From the NCBI GenBank assembly GCA_964057225.1, contig CAXKVF010000077.1:62001-126000 (forward strand): DNA of 64,000 nucleotides, read 5' to 3'. A program made the position numbers and the translations under genes. Below are positions 22,266 to 37,200 of the stretch, one piece after another (within the stretch, counting starts at the first letter, position 1; each line of letters starts with the position of its first letter). Source of the stretch: Auanema rhodensis. Its lineage: Eukaryota > Animalia > Nematoda. The notes under the pieces were generated by a model that saw only the letters and a program-made list of their open reading frames with translations, ran no database searches and was not told where the DNA came from.

Positions 22266-25200
22266 AAGTTCACGTAAATTTCAAAGTCATGGTTACCATG
22301 AACCAATATCAATAAAAATTTGTTTTTAGACTAATATGGACATGGGGAATCTAATTTTGAAAACCGCATCTCTTTATCTTTCACGTGAAGCGAGTTACAT
22401 ACCAAGTGCACATCACGTGTACATTTAATTAGCATAAATTAAAGTTCACGTAAATTTCAAAGTCATGGTTACCATGCACCAATATCAATAAAAATTTGTT
22501 TTTAGACTAATATGGACATGGGGAATCTAATTTTGAAGACCGCATCTCTTTATCTTTCACGTGAAGCGAGTTACATACCAAGTGCACATCACGTGTACAT
22601 TTAATTAGCATAAATTAAAGTTCACGTAAATTTCAAAGTCATGGTTACCATGAACCAATATCAATAAAAATTTGTTTTTAGACTAATATGGACATGGGGA
22701 ATCTAATTTTGAAAACCGCATCTCTTTATCTTTCACGTGAAGCGAGTTACATACCAAGTGCACATCACGTGTACATTTAATTAGCATAAATTAAAGTTCA
22801 CGTAAATTTCAAAGTCATGGTTACCATGCACCAATATCAATAAAAATTTGTTTTTAGACTAATATGGACATGGGGAATCTAATTTTGAAAACCGCATCTC
22901 TTTATCTTTCACGTGAAGCGAGTTACATACCAAGTGCACATCACGTGTACATTTAATTAGCATAAATTAAAGTTCACGTAAATTTCAAAGTCATGGTTAC
23001 CATGAACCAATATCAATAAAAATTTGTTTTTAGACTAATATGGACATGGGGAATCTAATTTTGAAAACCGCATCTCTTTATCTTTCACGTGAAGCGAGTT
23101 ACATACCAAGTGCACATCACGTGTACATTTAATTAGCATAAATTAAAGTTCACGTAAAATTCAAAGTCATGGTTACCATGCACCAATATCAATAAAAATT
23201 TGTTTTTAGACTAATATGGACATGGGGAATCTAATTTTGAAAACCGCATCTCTTTATCTTTCACGTGAAGCGAGTTACATACCAAGTGCACATCACGTGT
23301 ACATTTAATTAGCATAAATTAAAGTTCACGTAAATTTCAAAGTCATGGTTACCATGAACCAATATCAATAAAAATTTGTTTTTAGACTAATATGGACATG
23401 GGGAATCTAATTTTGAAAACCGCATCTCTTTATCTTTCACGTGAAGCGAGTTACATACCAAGTGCACATCACGTGTACATTTAATTAGCATAAATTAAAG
23501 TTCACGTAAATTTCAAAGTCATGGTTACCATGCACCAATATCAATAAAAATTTGTTTTTAGACTAATATGGACATGGGGAATCTAATTTTGAAAACCGCA
23601 TCTCTTTATCTTTCACGTGAAGCGAGTTACATACCAAGTGCACATCACGTGTACATTTAATTAGCATAAATTAAAGTTCACGTAAATTTCAAAGTCATGG
23701 TTACCATGAACCAATATCAATAAAAATTTGTTTTTAGACTAATATGGACATGGGGAATCTAATTTTGAAAACCGCATCTCTTTATCTTTCACGTGAAGCG
23801 AGTTACATACCAAGTGCACATCACGTGTACATTTAATTAGCATAAATTAAAGTTCACGTAAAATTCAAAGTCATGGTTACCATGCACCAATATCAATAAA
23901 AATTTGTTTTTAGACTAATATGGACATGGGGAATCTAATTTTGAAAACCGCATCTCTTTATCTTTCACGTGAAGCGAGTTACATACCAAGTGCACATCAC
24001 GTGTACATTTAATTAGCATAAATTAAAGTTCACGTAAATTTCAAAGTCATGGTTACCATGAACCAATATCAATAAAAATTTGTTTTTAGACTAATATGGA
24101 CATGGGGAATCTAATTTTGAAAACCGCATCTCTTTATCTTTCACGTGACGCGAGTTACATACCAAGTGCACATCACGTGTACATTTAATTAGCATAAATT
24201 AAAGTTCACGTAAATTTCAAAGTCATGGTTACCATGAACCAATATCAATAAAAATTTGTTTTTAAACTAATATGGACATGGGGAATCTAATTTTGAAAAC
24301 CGCATCTCTTTATCTTTCACGTGAAGCGAGTTACATACCAAGTGCACATCACGTGTACATTTAATTAGCATGAATTAAAGTTCACGTAAATTTCAAAGTC
24401 ATGGTTACCATGCACCAATATCAATAAAAATTTGTTTTTAGACTAATATGGACATGGGGAATCTAATTTTGAAAACCGCATCTCTTTATCTTTCACGTGA
24501 AGCGAGTTACATACCAAGTGCACATCACGTGTACATTTAATTAGCATAAATTAAAGTTCACGTAAATTTCAAAGTCATGGTTACCATGCACCAATATCAA
24601 TAAAAATTTGTTTTTAGACTAATATGGACATGGGGAATCTAATTTTGAAAACCGCATCTCTTTATCTTTCACGTGAAGCGAGTTACATACCAAGTGCACA
24701 TCACGTGTACATTTAATTAGCATAAATTAAAGTTCACGTAAATTTCAAAGTCATGGTTACCATGAACCAATATCAATAAAAATTTGTTTTTAGACTAATA
24801 TGGACATGGGGAATCTAATTTTGAAAACCGCATCTCTTTATCTTTCACGTGAAGCGAGTTACATACCAAGTGCACATCACGTGTACATTTAATTAGCATA
24901 AATTAAAGTTCACGTAAATTTCAAAGTCATGGTTACCATGAACCAATATCAATAAAAATTTGTTTTTAGACTAATATGGACATGGGGAATCTAATTTTGA
25001 AAACCGCATCTCTTTATCTTTCACGTGAAGCGAGTTACATACCAAGTGCACATCACGTGTACATTTAATTAGCATAAATTAAAGTTCACGTAAATTTCAA
25101 AGTCATGGTTACCATGCACCAATATCAATAAAAATTTGTTTTTAGACTAATATGGACATGGGGAATCTAATTTTCAAAACCGCATCTCTTTATCTTTCAC

Positions 25201-28200
25201 GTGAAGCGAGTTACATACCAAGTGCACATCACGTGTACATTTAATTAGCATAAATTAAAGTTCACGTAAATTTCAAAGTCATGGTTACCATGAACCAATA
25301 TCAATAAAAATTTGTTTTTAGACTAATATGGACATGGGGAATCTAATTTTGGAAACCACATCTCTTTATCTTTCACGTGAAGCGAGTTACATACCAAGTG
25401 CACATCACGTGTACATTTAATTAGCATAAATTAAAGTTCACGTAAATTTCAAAGTCATGGTTACCATGAAGCAATATCAATAAAAATTTGTTTTTAGACT
25501 AATATGGACATGGGGAATCTAATTTTGAAAACCGCATCTCTTTATCTTTCACGTGAAGCGAGTTACATACCAAGTGCACATCACGTGTACATTTAATTAG
25601 CATAAATTAAAGTTCACGTAAATTTCAAAGTCATGGTTACCATGAACCAATATCAATAAAAATTTGTTTTTAGACTAATATGGACATGGGGAATCTAATT
25701 TTGAAAACCGCATCTCTTTATCTTTCACGTGAAGCGAGTTACATACCAAGTGCACATCACGTGTACATTTAATTAGCATAAATTAAAGTTCACGTAAATT
25801 TCAAAGTCATGGTTACCATGAACCAATATCAATAAAAATTTGTTTTTAGACTAATATGGACATGGGGAATCTAATTTTGAAAACCGCATCTCTTTATCTT
25901 TCACGTGAAGCGAGTTACATACCAAGTGCACATCACGTGTACATTTAATTAGCATAAATTAAAGTTCACGTAAAATTCAAAGTCATGGTTACCATGCACC
26001 AATATCAATAAAAATTTGTTTTTAGACTAATATGGACATGGGGAATCTAATTTTGAAAACCGCATCTCTTTATCTTTCACGTGAAGCGAGTTACATACCA
26101 AGTGCACATCACGTGTACATTTAATTAGCATAAATTAAAGTTCACGTAAATTTCAAAGTCATGGTTACCATGAACCAATATCAATAAAAATTTGTTTTTA
26201 AACTAATATGGACATGGGGAATCTAATTTTGAAAACCGCATCTCTTTATCTTTCACGTGAAGCGAGTTACATACCAAGTGCACATCACGTGTACATTTAA
26301 TTAGCATAAATTAAAGTTCACGTAAATTTCAAAGTCATGGTTACCATGCACCAATATCAATAAAAATTTGTTTTTAGACTAATATGGACATGGGGAATCT
26401 AATTTTGAAAACCGCATCTCTTTATCTTTCACGTGAAGCGAGTTACATACCAAGTGCACATCACGTGTACATTTAATTAGCATAAATTAAAGTTCACGTA
26501 AATTTCAAAGTCATGGTTACCATGCACCAATATCAATAAAAATTTGTTTTTAGACTAATATGGACATGGGGAATCTAATTTTGAAAACCGCATCTCTTTA
26601 TCTTTCACGTGAAGCGAGTTACATACCAAGTGCACATCACGTGTACATTTAATTAGCATAAATTAAAGTTCACGTAAATTTCAAAGTCATGGTTACCATG
26701 AACCAATATCAATAAAAATTTGTTTTTAGACTAATATGGACATGGGGAATCTAATTTTGAAAACCGCATCTCTTTATCTTTCACGTGAAGCGAGTTACAT
26801 ACCAAGTGCACATCACGTGTACATTTAATTAGCATAAATTAAAGTTCACGTAAATTTCAAAGTCATGGTTACCATGAACCAATATCAATAAAAATTTGTT
26901 TTTAGACTAATATGGACATGGGGAATCTAATTTTGAAAACCGCATCTCTTTATCTTTCACGTGAAGCGAGTTACATACCAAGTGCACATCACGTGTACAT
27001 TTAATTAGCATAAATTAAAGTTCACGTAAATTTCAAAGTCATGGTTACCATGCACCAATATCAATAAAAATTTGTTTTTAGACTAATATGGACATGGGGA
27101 ATCTAATTTTCAAAACCGCATCTCTTTATCTTTCACGTGAAGCGAGTTACATACCAAGTGCACATCACGTGTACATTTAATTAGCATAAATTAAAGTTCA
27201 CGTAAATTTCAAAGTCATGGTTACCATGAACCAATATCAATAAAAATTTGTTTTTAGACTAATATGGACATGGGGAATCTAATTTTGGAAACCGCATCTC
27301 TTTATCTTTCACGTGAAGCGAGTTACATACCAAGTGCACATCACGTGTACATTTAATTAGCATAAATTAAAGTTCACGTAAATTTCAAAGTCATGGTTAC
27401 CATGAAGCAATATCAATAAAAATTTGTTTTTAGACTAATATGGACATGGGGAATCTAATTTTGAAAACCGCATCTCTTTATCTTTCACGTGAAGCGAGTT
27501 ACATACCAAGTGCACATCACGTGTACATTTAATTAGCATAAATTAAAGTTCACGTAAATTTCAAAGTCATGGTTACCATGAACCAATATCAATAAAAATT
27601 TGTTTTTAGACTAATATGGACATGGGGAATCTAATTTTGAAAACCGCATCTCTTTTTCTTTCACGTGAAGCGAGTTACATACCAAGTGCACATCACGTGT
27701 ACATTTAATTAGCATAAATTAAAGTTCACGTAAATTTCAAAGTCATGGTTACCATGAACCAATATCAATAAAAATTTGTTTTTAGACTAATATGGACATG
27801 GGGAATCTAATTTTGAAAACCGCATCTCTTTATCTTTCACGTGAAGCGAGTTACATACCAAGTGCACATCACGTGTACATTTAATTAGCATAAATTAAAG
27901 TTCACGTAAATTTCAAAGTCATGGTTACCATGCACCAATATCAATAAAAATTTGTTTTTAGACTAATATGGACATGGGGAATCTAATTTTGAAAACCGCA
28001 TCTCTTTATCTTTCACGTGAAGCGAGTTACATACCAAGTGCACATCACGTGTACATTTAATTAGCATAAATTAAAGTTCACGTAAATTTCAAAGTCATGG
28101 TTACCATGCACCAATATCAATAAAAATTTGTTTTTAAACTAATATGGACATGGGGAATCTAATTTTGAAAACCGCATCTCTTTATCTTTCACGTGAAGCG

Positions 28201-31200
28201 AGTTACATACCAAGTGCACATCACGTGTACATTTAATTAGCATAAATTAAAGTTCACGTAAATTTCAAAGTCATGGTTACCATGCACCAATATCAATAAA
28301 AATTTGTTTTTAGACTAATATGGACATGGGGAATCTAATTTTGAAAACCGCATCTCTTTATCTTTCACGTGAAGCGAGTTACATACCAAGTGCACATCAC
28401 GTGTACATTTAATTAGCATAAATTAAAGTTCACGTAAATTTCAAAGTCATGGTTACCATGCACCAATATCAATAAAAATTTGTTTTTAGACTAATATGAA
28501 CATGGGGAATCTAATTTTGAAAACCGCATTTCTTTATCTTTCACGTGAAGCGAGTTACATACCAAGTGCACATCACGTGTACATTTAATTAGCATAAATT
28601 AAAGTTCACGTAAATTTCAAAGTCATGGTTACCATGAACCAATATCAATAAAAATTTGTTTTTAGACTAATATGGACATGGGGAATCTAATTTTGAAAAC
28701 CGCATCTCTTTATCTTTCACGTGAAGCGAGTTACATACCAAGTGCACATCACGTGTACATTTAATTAGCATAAATTAAAGTTCACGTAAATTTCAAAGTC
28801 ATGGTTACCATGAACCAATATCAATAAAAATTTGTTTTTAGACTAATATGGACATGGGGAATCTAATTTTGAAAACCGCATCTCTTTATCTTTCACGTGA
28901 AGCGAGTTACATACCAAGTGCACATCACGTGTACATTTAATTAGCATAAATTAAAGTTCACGTAAATTTCAAAGTCATGGTTACCATGAACCAATATCAA
29001 TAAAAATTTGTTTTTAGACTAATATGGACATGGGGAATCTAATTTTGAAAACCGCATCTCTTTATCTTTCACGTGAAGCGAGTTACATACCAAGTGCACA
29101 TCACGTGTACATTTAATTAGCATAAATTAAAGTTCACGTAAATTTCAAAGTCATGGTTACCATGCACCAATATCAATAAAAATTTGTTTTTAAACTAATA
29201 TGGACATGGGGAATCTAATTTTGAAAACCGCATCTCTTTATCTTTCACGTGAAGCGAGTTACATACCAAGTGCACATCACGTGTACATTTAATTAGCATA
29301 AATTAAAGTTCACGTAAATTTCAAAGTCATGGTTACCATGCACCAATATCAATAAAAATTTGTTTTTAGACTAATATGGACATGGGGAATCTAATTTTGA
29401 AAACCGCATCTCTTTATCTTTCACGTGACGCGAGTTACATACCAAGTGCACATCACGTGTACATTTAATTAGCATAAATTAAAGTTCACGTAAATTTCAA
29501 AGTCATGGTTACCATGCACCAATATCAATAAAAATTTGTTTTTAAACTAATATGGACATGGGGAATCTAATTTTGAAAACCGCATCTCTTTATCTTTCAC
29601 GTGAAGCGAGTTACATACCAAGTGCACATCACGTGTACATTTAATTAGCATAAATTAAAGTTCACGTAAATTTCAAAATCATGGTTACCATGCACCAATA
29701 TCAATAAAAATTTGTTTTTAGACTAATATGGACATGGGGAATCTAATTTTGAAAACCGCATCTCTTTATCTTTCACGTGAAGCGAGTTACATACCAAGTG
29801 CACATCACGTGTACATTTAATTAGCATAAATTAAAGTTCACGTAAATTTCAAAGTCATGGTTACCATGCACCAATATCAATAAAAATTTGTTTTTAGACT
29901 AATATGGACATGGGGAATCTAATTTTGAAAACCGCATCTCTTTATCTTTCACGTGAAGCGAGTTACATACCAAGTGCACATCACGTGTACATTTAATTAG
30001 CATAAATTAAAGTTCACGTAAATTTCAAAGTCATGGTTACCATGAACCAATATCAATAAAAATTTGTTTTTAGACTAATATGGACATGGGGAATCTAATT
30101 TTGAAAACCGCATCTCTTTATCTTTCACGTGAAGCGAGTTACATACCAAGTGCACATCACGTGTACATTTAATTAGCATAAATTAAAGTTCACGTAAATT
30201 TCAAAGTCATGGTTACCATGAACCAATATCAATAAAAATTTGTTTTTAGACTAATATGGACATGGGGAATCTAATTTTGAAAACCGCATCTCTTTATCTT
30301 TCACGTGAAGCGAGTTACATACCAAGTGCACATCACGTGTACATTTAATTAGCATAAATTAAAGTTCACGTAAATTTCAAAGTCATGGTTACCATGAACC
30401 AATATCAATAAAAATTTGTTTTTAGACTAATATGGACATGGGGAATCTAATTTTGAAAACCGCATCTCTTTATCTTTCACGTGAAGCGAGTTACATACCA
30501 AGTGCACATCACGTGTACATTTAATTAGCATAAATTAAAGTTCACGTAAATTTCAAAGTCATGGTTACCATGCACCAATATCAATAAAAATTTGTTTTTA
30601 AACTAATATGGACATGGGGAATCTAATTTTGAAAACCGCATCTCTTTATCTTTCACGTGAAGCGAGTTACATACCAAGTGCACATCACGTGTACATTAAA
30701 TTAGCATAAATTAAAGTTCACGTAAATTTCAAAGTCATGGTTACCATGCACCAATATCAATAAAAATTTGTTTTTAGACTAATATGGACATGGGGAATCT
30801 AATTTTGAAAACCGCATCTCTTTATCTTTCACGTGAAGCGAGTTACATACCAAGTGCACATCACGTGTACATTTAATTAGCATAAATTAAAGTTCACGTA
30901 AATTTCAAAGTCATGGTTACCATGCACCAATATCAATAAAAATTTGTTTTTAGACTAATATGGACATGGGGAATCTAATTTTCAAAACCGCATCTCTTTA
31001 TCTTTCACGTGAAGCGAGTTACATACCAAGTGCACATCACGTGTACATTTAATTAGCATAAATTAAAGTTCACGTAAATTTCAAAGTCATGGTTACCATG
31101 AACCAAAATCAATAAAAATTTGTTTTTAGACTAATATGGACATGGGGAATCTAATTTTGGAAACCGCATCTCTTTATCTTTCACGTGAAGCGAGTTACAT

Positions 31201-34200
31201 ACCAAGTGCACATCACGTGTACATTTAATTAGCATAAATTAAAGTTCACGTAAATTTCAAAGTCATGGTTACCATGAAGCAATATCAATAAAAATTTGTT
31301 TTTAGACTAATATGGACATGGGGAATCTAATTTTGAAAACCGCATCTCTTTATCTTTCACGTGAAGCGAGTTACATACCAAGTGCACATCACGTGTACAT
31401 TTAATTAGCATAAATTAAAGTTCACGTAAATTTCAAAGTCATGGTTACCATGAACCAATATCAATAAAAATTTGTTTTTAGACTAATATGGACATGGGGA
31501 ATCTAATTTTGAAAACCGCATCTCTTTTTCTTTCACGTGAAGCGAGTTACATACCAAGTGCACATCACGTGTACATTTAATTAGCATAAATTAAAGTTCA
31601 CGTAAATTTCAAAGTCATGGTTACCATGAACCAATATCAATAAAAATTTGTTTTTAGACTAATATGGACATGGGGAATCTAATTTTGAAAACCGCATCTC
31701 TTTATCTTTCACGTGAAGCGAGTTACATACCAAGTGCACATCACGTGTACATTTAATTAGCATAAATTAAAGTTCACGTAAATTTCAAAGTCATGGTTAC
31801 CATGAACCAATATCAATAAAAATTTGTTTTTAGACTAATATGGACATGGGGAATCTAATTTTGAAAACCGCATCTCTTTATCTTTCACGTGAAGCGAGTT
31901 ACATACCAAGTGCACATCACGTGTACATTTAATTAGCATAAATTAAAGTTCACGTAAATTTCAAAGTCATGGTTACCATGCACCAATATCAATAAAAATT
32001 TGTTTTTAAACTAATATGGACATGGGGAATCTAATTTTGAAAACCGCATCTCTTTATCTTTCACGTGAAGCGAGTTACATACCAAGTGCACATCACGTGT
32101 ACATTTAATTAGCATAAATTAAAGTTCACGTAAATTTCAAAGTCATGGTTACCATGCACCAATATCAATAAAAATTTGTTTTTAGACTAATATGGACATG
32201 GGGAATCTAATTTTGAAAACCGCATCTCTTTATCTTTCACGTGAAGCGAGTTACATACCAAGTGCACATCACGTGTACATTTAATTAGCATAAATTAAAG
32301 TTCACGTAAATTTCAAAGTCATGGTTACCATGCACCAATATCAATAAAAATTTGTTTTTAAACTAATATGGACATGGGGAATCTAATTTTGAAAACCGCA
32401 TCTCTTTATCTTTCACGTGAAGCGAGTTACATACCAAGTGCACATCACGTGTACATTTAATTAGCATAAATTAAAGTTCACGTAAATTTCAAAGTCATGG
32501 TTACCATGCACCAATATCAATAAAAATTTGTTTTTAGACTAATATGGACATGGGGAATCTAATTTTGAAAACCGCATCTCTTTATCTTTCACGTGAAGCG
32601 AGTTACATACCAAGTGCACATCACGTGTACATTTAATTAGCATAAATTAAAGTTCACGTAAATTTCAAAGTCATGGTTACCATGCACCAATATCAATAAA
32701 AATTTGTTTTTAGACTAATATGGACATGGGGAATCTAATTTTGAAAACCGCATTTCTTTATCTTTCACGTGAAGCGAGTTACATACCAAGTGCACATCAC
32801 GTGTACATTTAATTAGCATAAATTAAAGTTCACGTAAATTTCAAAGTCATGGTTACCATGAACCAATATCAATAAAAATTTGTTTTTAGACTAATATGGA
32901 CATGGGGAATCTAATTTTGAAAACCGCATCTCTTTATCTTTCACGTGAAGCGAGTTACATACCAAGTGCACATCACGTGTACATTTAATTAGCATAAATT
33001 AAAGTTCACGTAAATTTCAAAGTCATGGTTACCATGCACCAATATCAATAAAAATTTGTTTTTAAACTAATATGGACATGGGGAATCTAATTTTGAAAAC
33101 CGCATTTCTTTATCTTTCACGTGAAGCGAGTTACATACCAAGTGCACATCACGTGTACATTTAATTAGCATAAATTAAAGTTCACGTAAATTTCAAAGTC
33201 ATGGTTACCATGAACCAATATCAATAAAAATTTGTTTTTAGACTAATATGGACATGGGGAATCTAATTTTGAAAACCGCATCTCTTTATCTTTCACGTGA
33301 AGCGAGTTACATACCAAGTGCACATCACGTGTACATTTAATTAGCATAAATTAAAGTTCACGTAAATTTCAAAGTCATGGTTACCATGCACCAATATCAA
33401 TAAAAATTTGTTTTTAGACTAATATGGACATGGGGAATCTAATTTTGAAAACCGCATTTCTTTATCTTTCACGTGAAGCGAGTTACATACCAAGTGCACA
33501 TCACGTGTACATTTAATTAGCATAAATTAAAGTTCACGTAAATTTCAAAGTCATGGTTACCATGAACCAATATCAATAAAAATTTGTTTTTAGACTAATA
33601 TGGACATGGGGAATCTAATTTTGAAAACCGCATCTCTTTATCTTTCACGTGAAGCGAGTTACATACCAAGTGCACATCACGTGTACATTTAATTAGCATA
33701 AATTAAAGTTCACGTAAATTTCAAAGTCATGGTTACCATGAACCAATATCAATAAAAATTTGTTTTTAGACTAATATGGACATGGGGAATCTAATTTTGA
33801 AAACCGCATCTCTTTATCTTTCACGTGAAGCGAGTTACATACCAAGTGCACATCACGTGTACATTTAATTAGCATAAATTAAAGTTCACGTAAATTTCAA
33901 AGTCATGGTTACCATGAACCAATATCAATAAAAATTTGTTTTTAGACTAATATGGACATGGGGAATCTAATTTTGAAAACCGCATCTCTTTATCTTTCAC
34001 GTGAAGCGAGTTACATACCAAGTGCACATCACGTGTACATTTAATTAGCATAAATTAAAGTTCACGTAAATTTCAAAGTCATGGTTACCATGAACCAATA
34101 TCAATAAAAATTTGTTTTTAGACTAATATGGACATGGGGAATCTAATTTTGAAAACCGCATCTCTTTATCTTTCACGTGAAGCGAGTTACATACCAAGTG

Positions 34201-37200
34201 CACATCACGTGTACATTTAATTAGCATAAATTAAAGTTCACGTAAATTTCAAAGTCATGGTTACCATGAACCAATATCAATAAAAATTTGTTTTTAGACT
34301 AATATGGACATGGGGAATCTAATTTTGAAAACCGCATCTCTTTATCTTTCACGTGAAGCGAGTTACATACCAAGTGCACATCACGTGTACATTTAATTAG
34401 CATAAATTAAAGTTCACGTAAATTTCAAAGTCATGGTTACCATGCACCAATATCAATAAAAATTTGTTTTTAAACTAATATGGACATGGGGAATCTAATT
34501 TTGAAAACCGCATCTCTTTATCTTTCACGTGAAGCGAGTTACATACCAAGTGCACATCACGTGTACATTTAATTAGCATAAATTAAAGTTCACGTAAATT
34601 TCAAAGTCATGGTTACCATGCACCAATATCAATAAAAATTTGTTTTTAGACTAATATGGACATGGGGAATCTAATTTTGAAAACCGCATCTCTTTATCTT
34701 TCACGTGACGCGAGTTACATACCAAGTGCACATCACGTGTACATTTAATTAGCATAAATTAAAGTTCACGTAAATTTCAAAGTCATGGTTACCATGCACC
34801 AATATCAATAAAAATTTGTTTTTAAACTAATATGGACATGGGGAATCTAATTTTGAAAACCGCATCTCTTTATCTTTCACGTGAAGCGAGTTACATACCA
34901 AGTGCACATCACGTGTACATTTAATTAGCATAAATTAAAGTTCACGTAAATTTCAAAATCATGGTTACCACGCACCAATATCAATAAAAATTTGTTTTTA
35001 GACTAATATGGACATGGGGAATCTAATTTTGAAAACCGCATCTCTTTATCTTTCACGTGAAGCGAGTTACATACCAAGTGCACATCACGTGTACATTTAA
35101 TTAGCATAAATTAAAGTTCACGTAAATTTCAAAGTCATGGTTACCATGAACCAATATCAATAAAAATTTGTTTTTAGACTAATATGGACATGGGGAATCT
35201 AATTTTGAAAACCGCATCTCTTTATCTTTCACGTGAAGCGAGTTACATACCAAGTGCACATCACGTGTACATTTAATTAGCATAAATTAAAGTTCACGTA
35301 AATTTCAAAGTCATGGTTACCATGAACCAATATCAAGAAAAATTTGTTTTTAGACTAATATGGACATGGGGAATCTAATTTTGAAAACCGCATCTCTTTA
35401 TCTTTCACGTGAAGCGAGTTACATACCAAGTGCACATCACGTGTACATTTAATTAGCATAAATTAAAGTTCACGTAAATTTCAAAGTCATGGTTACCATG
35501 AACCAATATCAAAAAAAATTTGTTTTTAGACTAATATGGACATGGGGAATCTAATTTTGAAAACCGCATCTCTTTATCTTTCACGTGAAGCGAGTTACAT
35601 ACCAAGTGCACATCACGTGTACATTTAATTAGCATAAATTAAAGTTCACGTAAATTTCAAAGTCATGGTTACCATGCACCAATATCAATAAAAATTTGTT
35701 TTTAAACTAATATGGACATGGGGAATCTAATTTTGAAAACCGCATCTCTTTATCTTTCACGTGAAGCGAGTTACATACCAAGTGCACATCACGTGTACAT
35801 TTAATTAGCATAAATTAAAGTTCACGTAAATTTCAAAGTCATGGTTACCATGCACCAATATCAATAAAAATTTGTTTTTAGACTAATATGGACATGGGGA
35901 ATCTAATTTTGAAAACCGCATCTCTTTATCTTTCACGTGACGCGAGTTACATACCAAATGCACATCACGTGTACATTTAATTAGCATAAATTAAAGTTCA
36001 CGTAAATTTCAAAGTCATGGTTACCATGCACCAATATCAATAAAAATTTGTTTTTAAACTAATATGGACATGGGGAATCTAATTTTGAAAACCGCATCTC
36101 TTTATCTTTCACGTGAAGCGAGTTACATACCAAGTGCACATCACGTGTACATTTAATTAGCATAAATTAAAGTTCACGTAAATTTCAAAGTCATGGTTAC
36201 CATGCACCAATATCAATAAAAATTTGTTTTTAGACTAATATGGACATGGGGAATCTAATTTTGAAAACCGCATCTCTTTATCTTTCACGTGAAGCGAGTT
36301 ACATACCAAGTGCACATCACGTGTACATTTAATTAGCATAAATTAAAGTTCACGTAAATTTCAAAGTCATGGTTACCATGCACCAATATCAATAAAAATT
36401 TGTTTTTAGACTAATATGGACATGGGGAATCTAATTTTGAAAACCGCATCTCTTTATCTTTCACGTGAAGCGAGTTACATACCAAGTGCACATCACGTGT
36501 ACATTTAATTAGCATAAATTAAAGTTCACGTAAATTTCAAAGTCATGGTTACCATGAACCAATATCAATAAAAATTTGTTTTTAGACTAATATGGACATG
36601 GGGAATCTAATTTTGAAAACCGCATCTCTTTATCTTTCACGTGAAGCGAGTTACATACCAAGTGCACATCACGTGTACATTTAATTAGCATAAATTAAAG
36701 TTCACGTAAATTTCAAAGTCATGGTTACCATGCACCAATATCAATAAAAATTTGTTTTTAAACTAATATGGACATGGGGAATCTAATTTTGAAAACCGCA
36801 TCTCTTTATCTTTCACGTGAAGCGAGTTACATACCAAGTGCACATCACGTGTACATTAAATTAGCATAAATTAAAGTTCACGTAAATTTCAAAGTCATGG
36901 TTACCATGCACCAATATCAATAAAAATTTGTTTTTAGACTAATATGGACATGGGGAATCTAATTTTGAAAACCGCATCTCTTTATCTTTCACGTGAAGCG
37001 AGTTACATACCAAGTGCACATCACGTGTACATTTAATTAGCATAAATTAAAGTTCACGTAAATTTCAAAGTCATGGTTACCATGAACCAATATCAATAAA
37101 AATTTGTTTTTAGACTAATATGGACATGGGGAATCTAATTTTGAAAACCGCATCTCTTTATCTTTCACGTGAAGCGAGTTACATACCAAGTGCACATCAC

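Noticed and set aside
22130-22312. 60-aa ORF as a real chimeric gene
   Set aside because: The ATG and first codons come from the satellite and the middle from the junction patchwork. Only the last 28 codons look like genuine coding remnant, and the open frame is probably coincidental.
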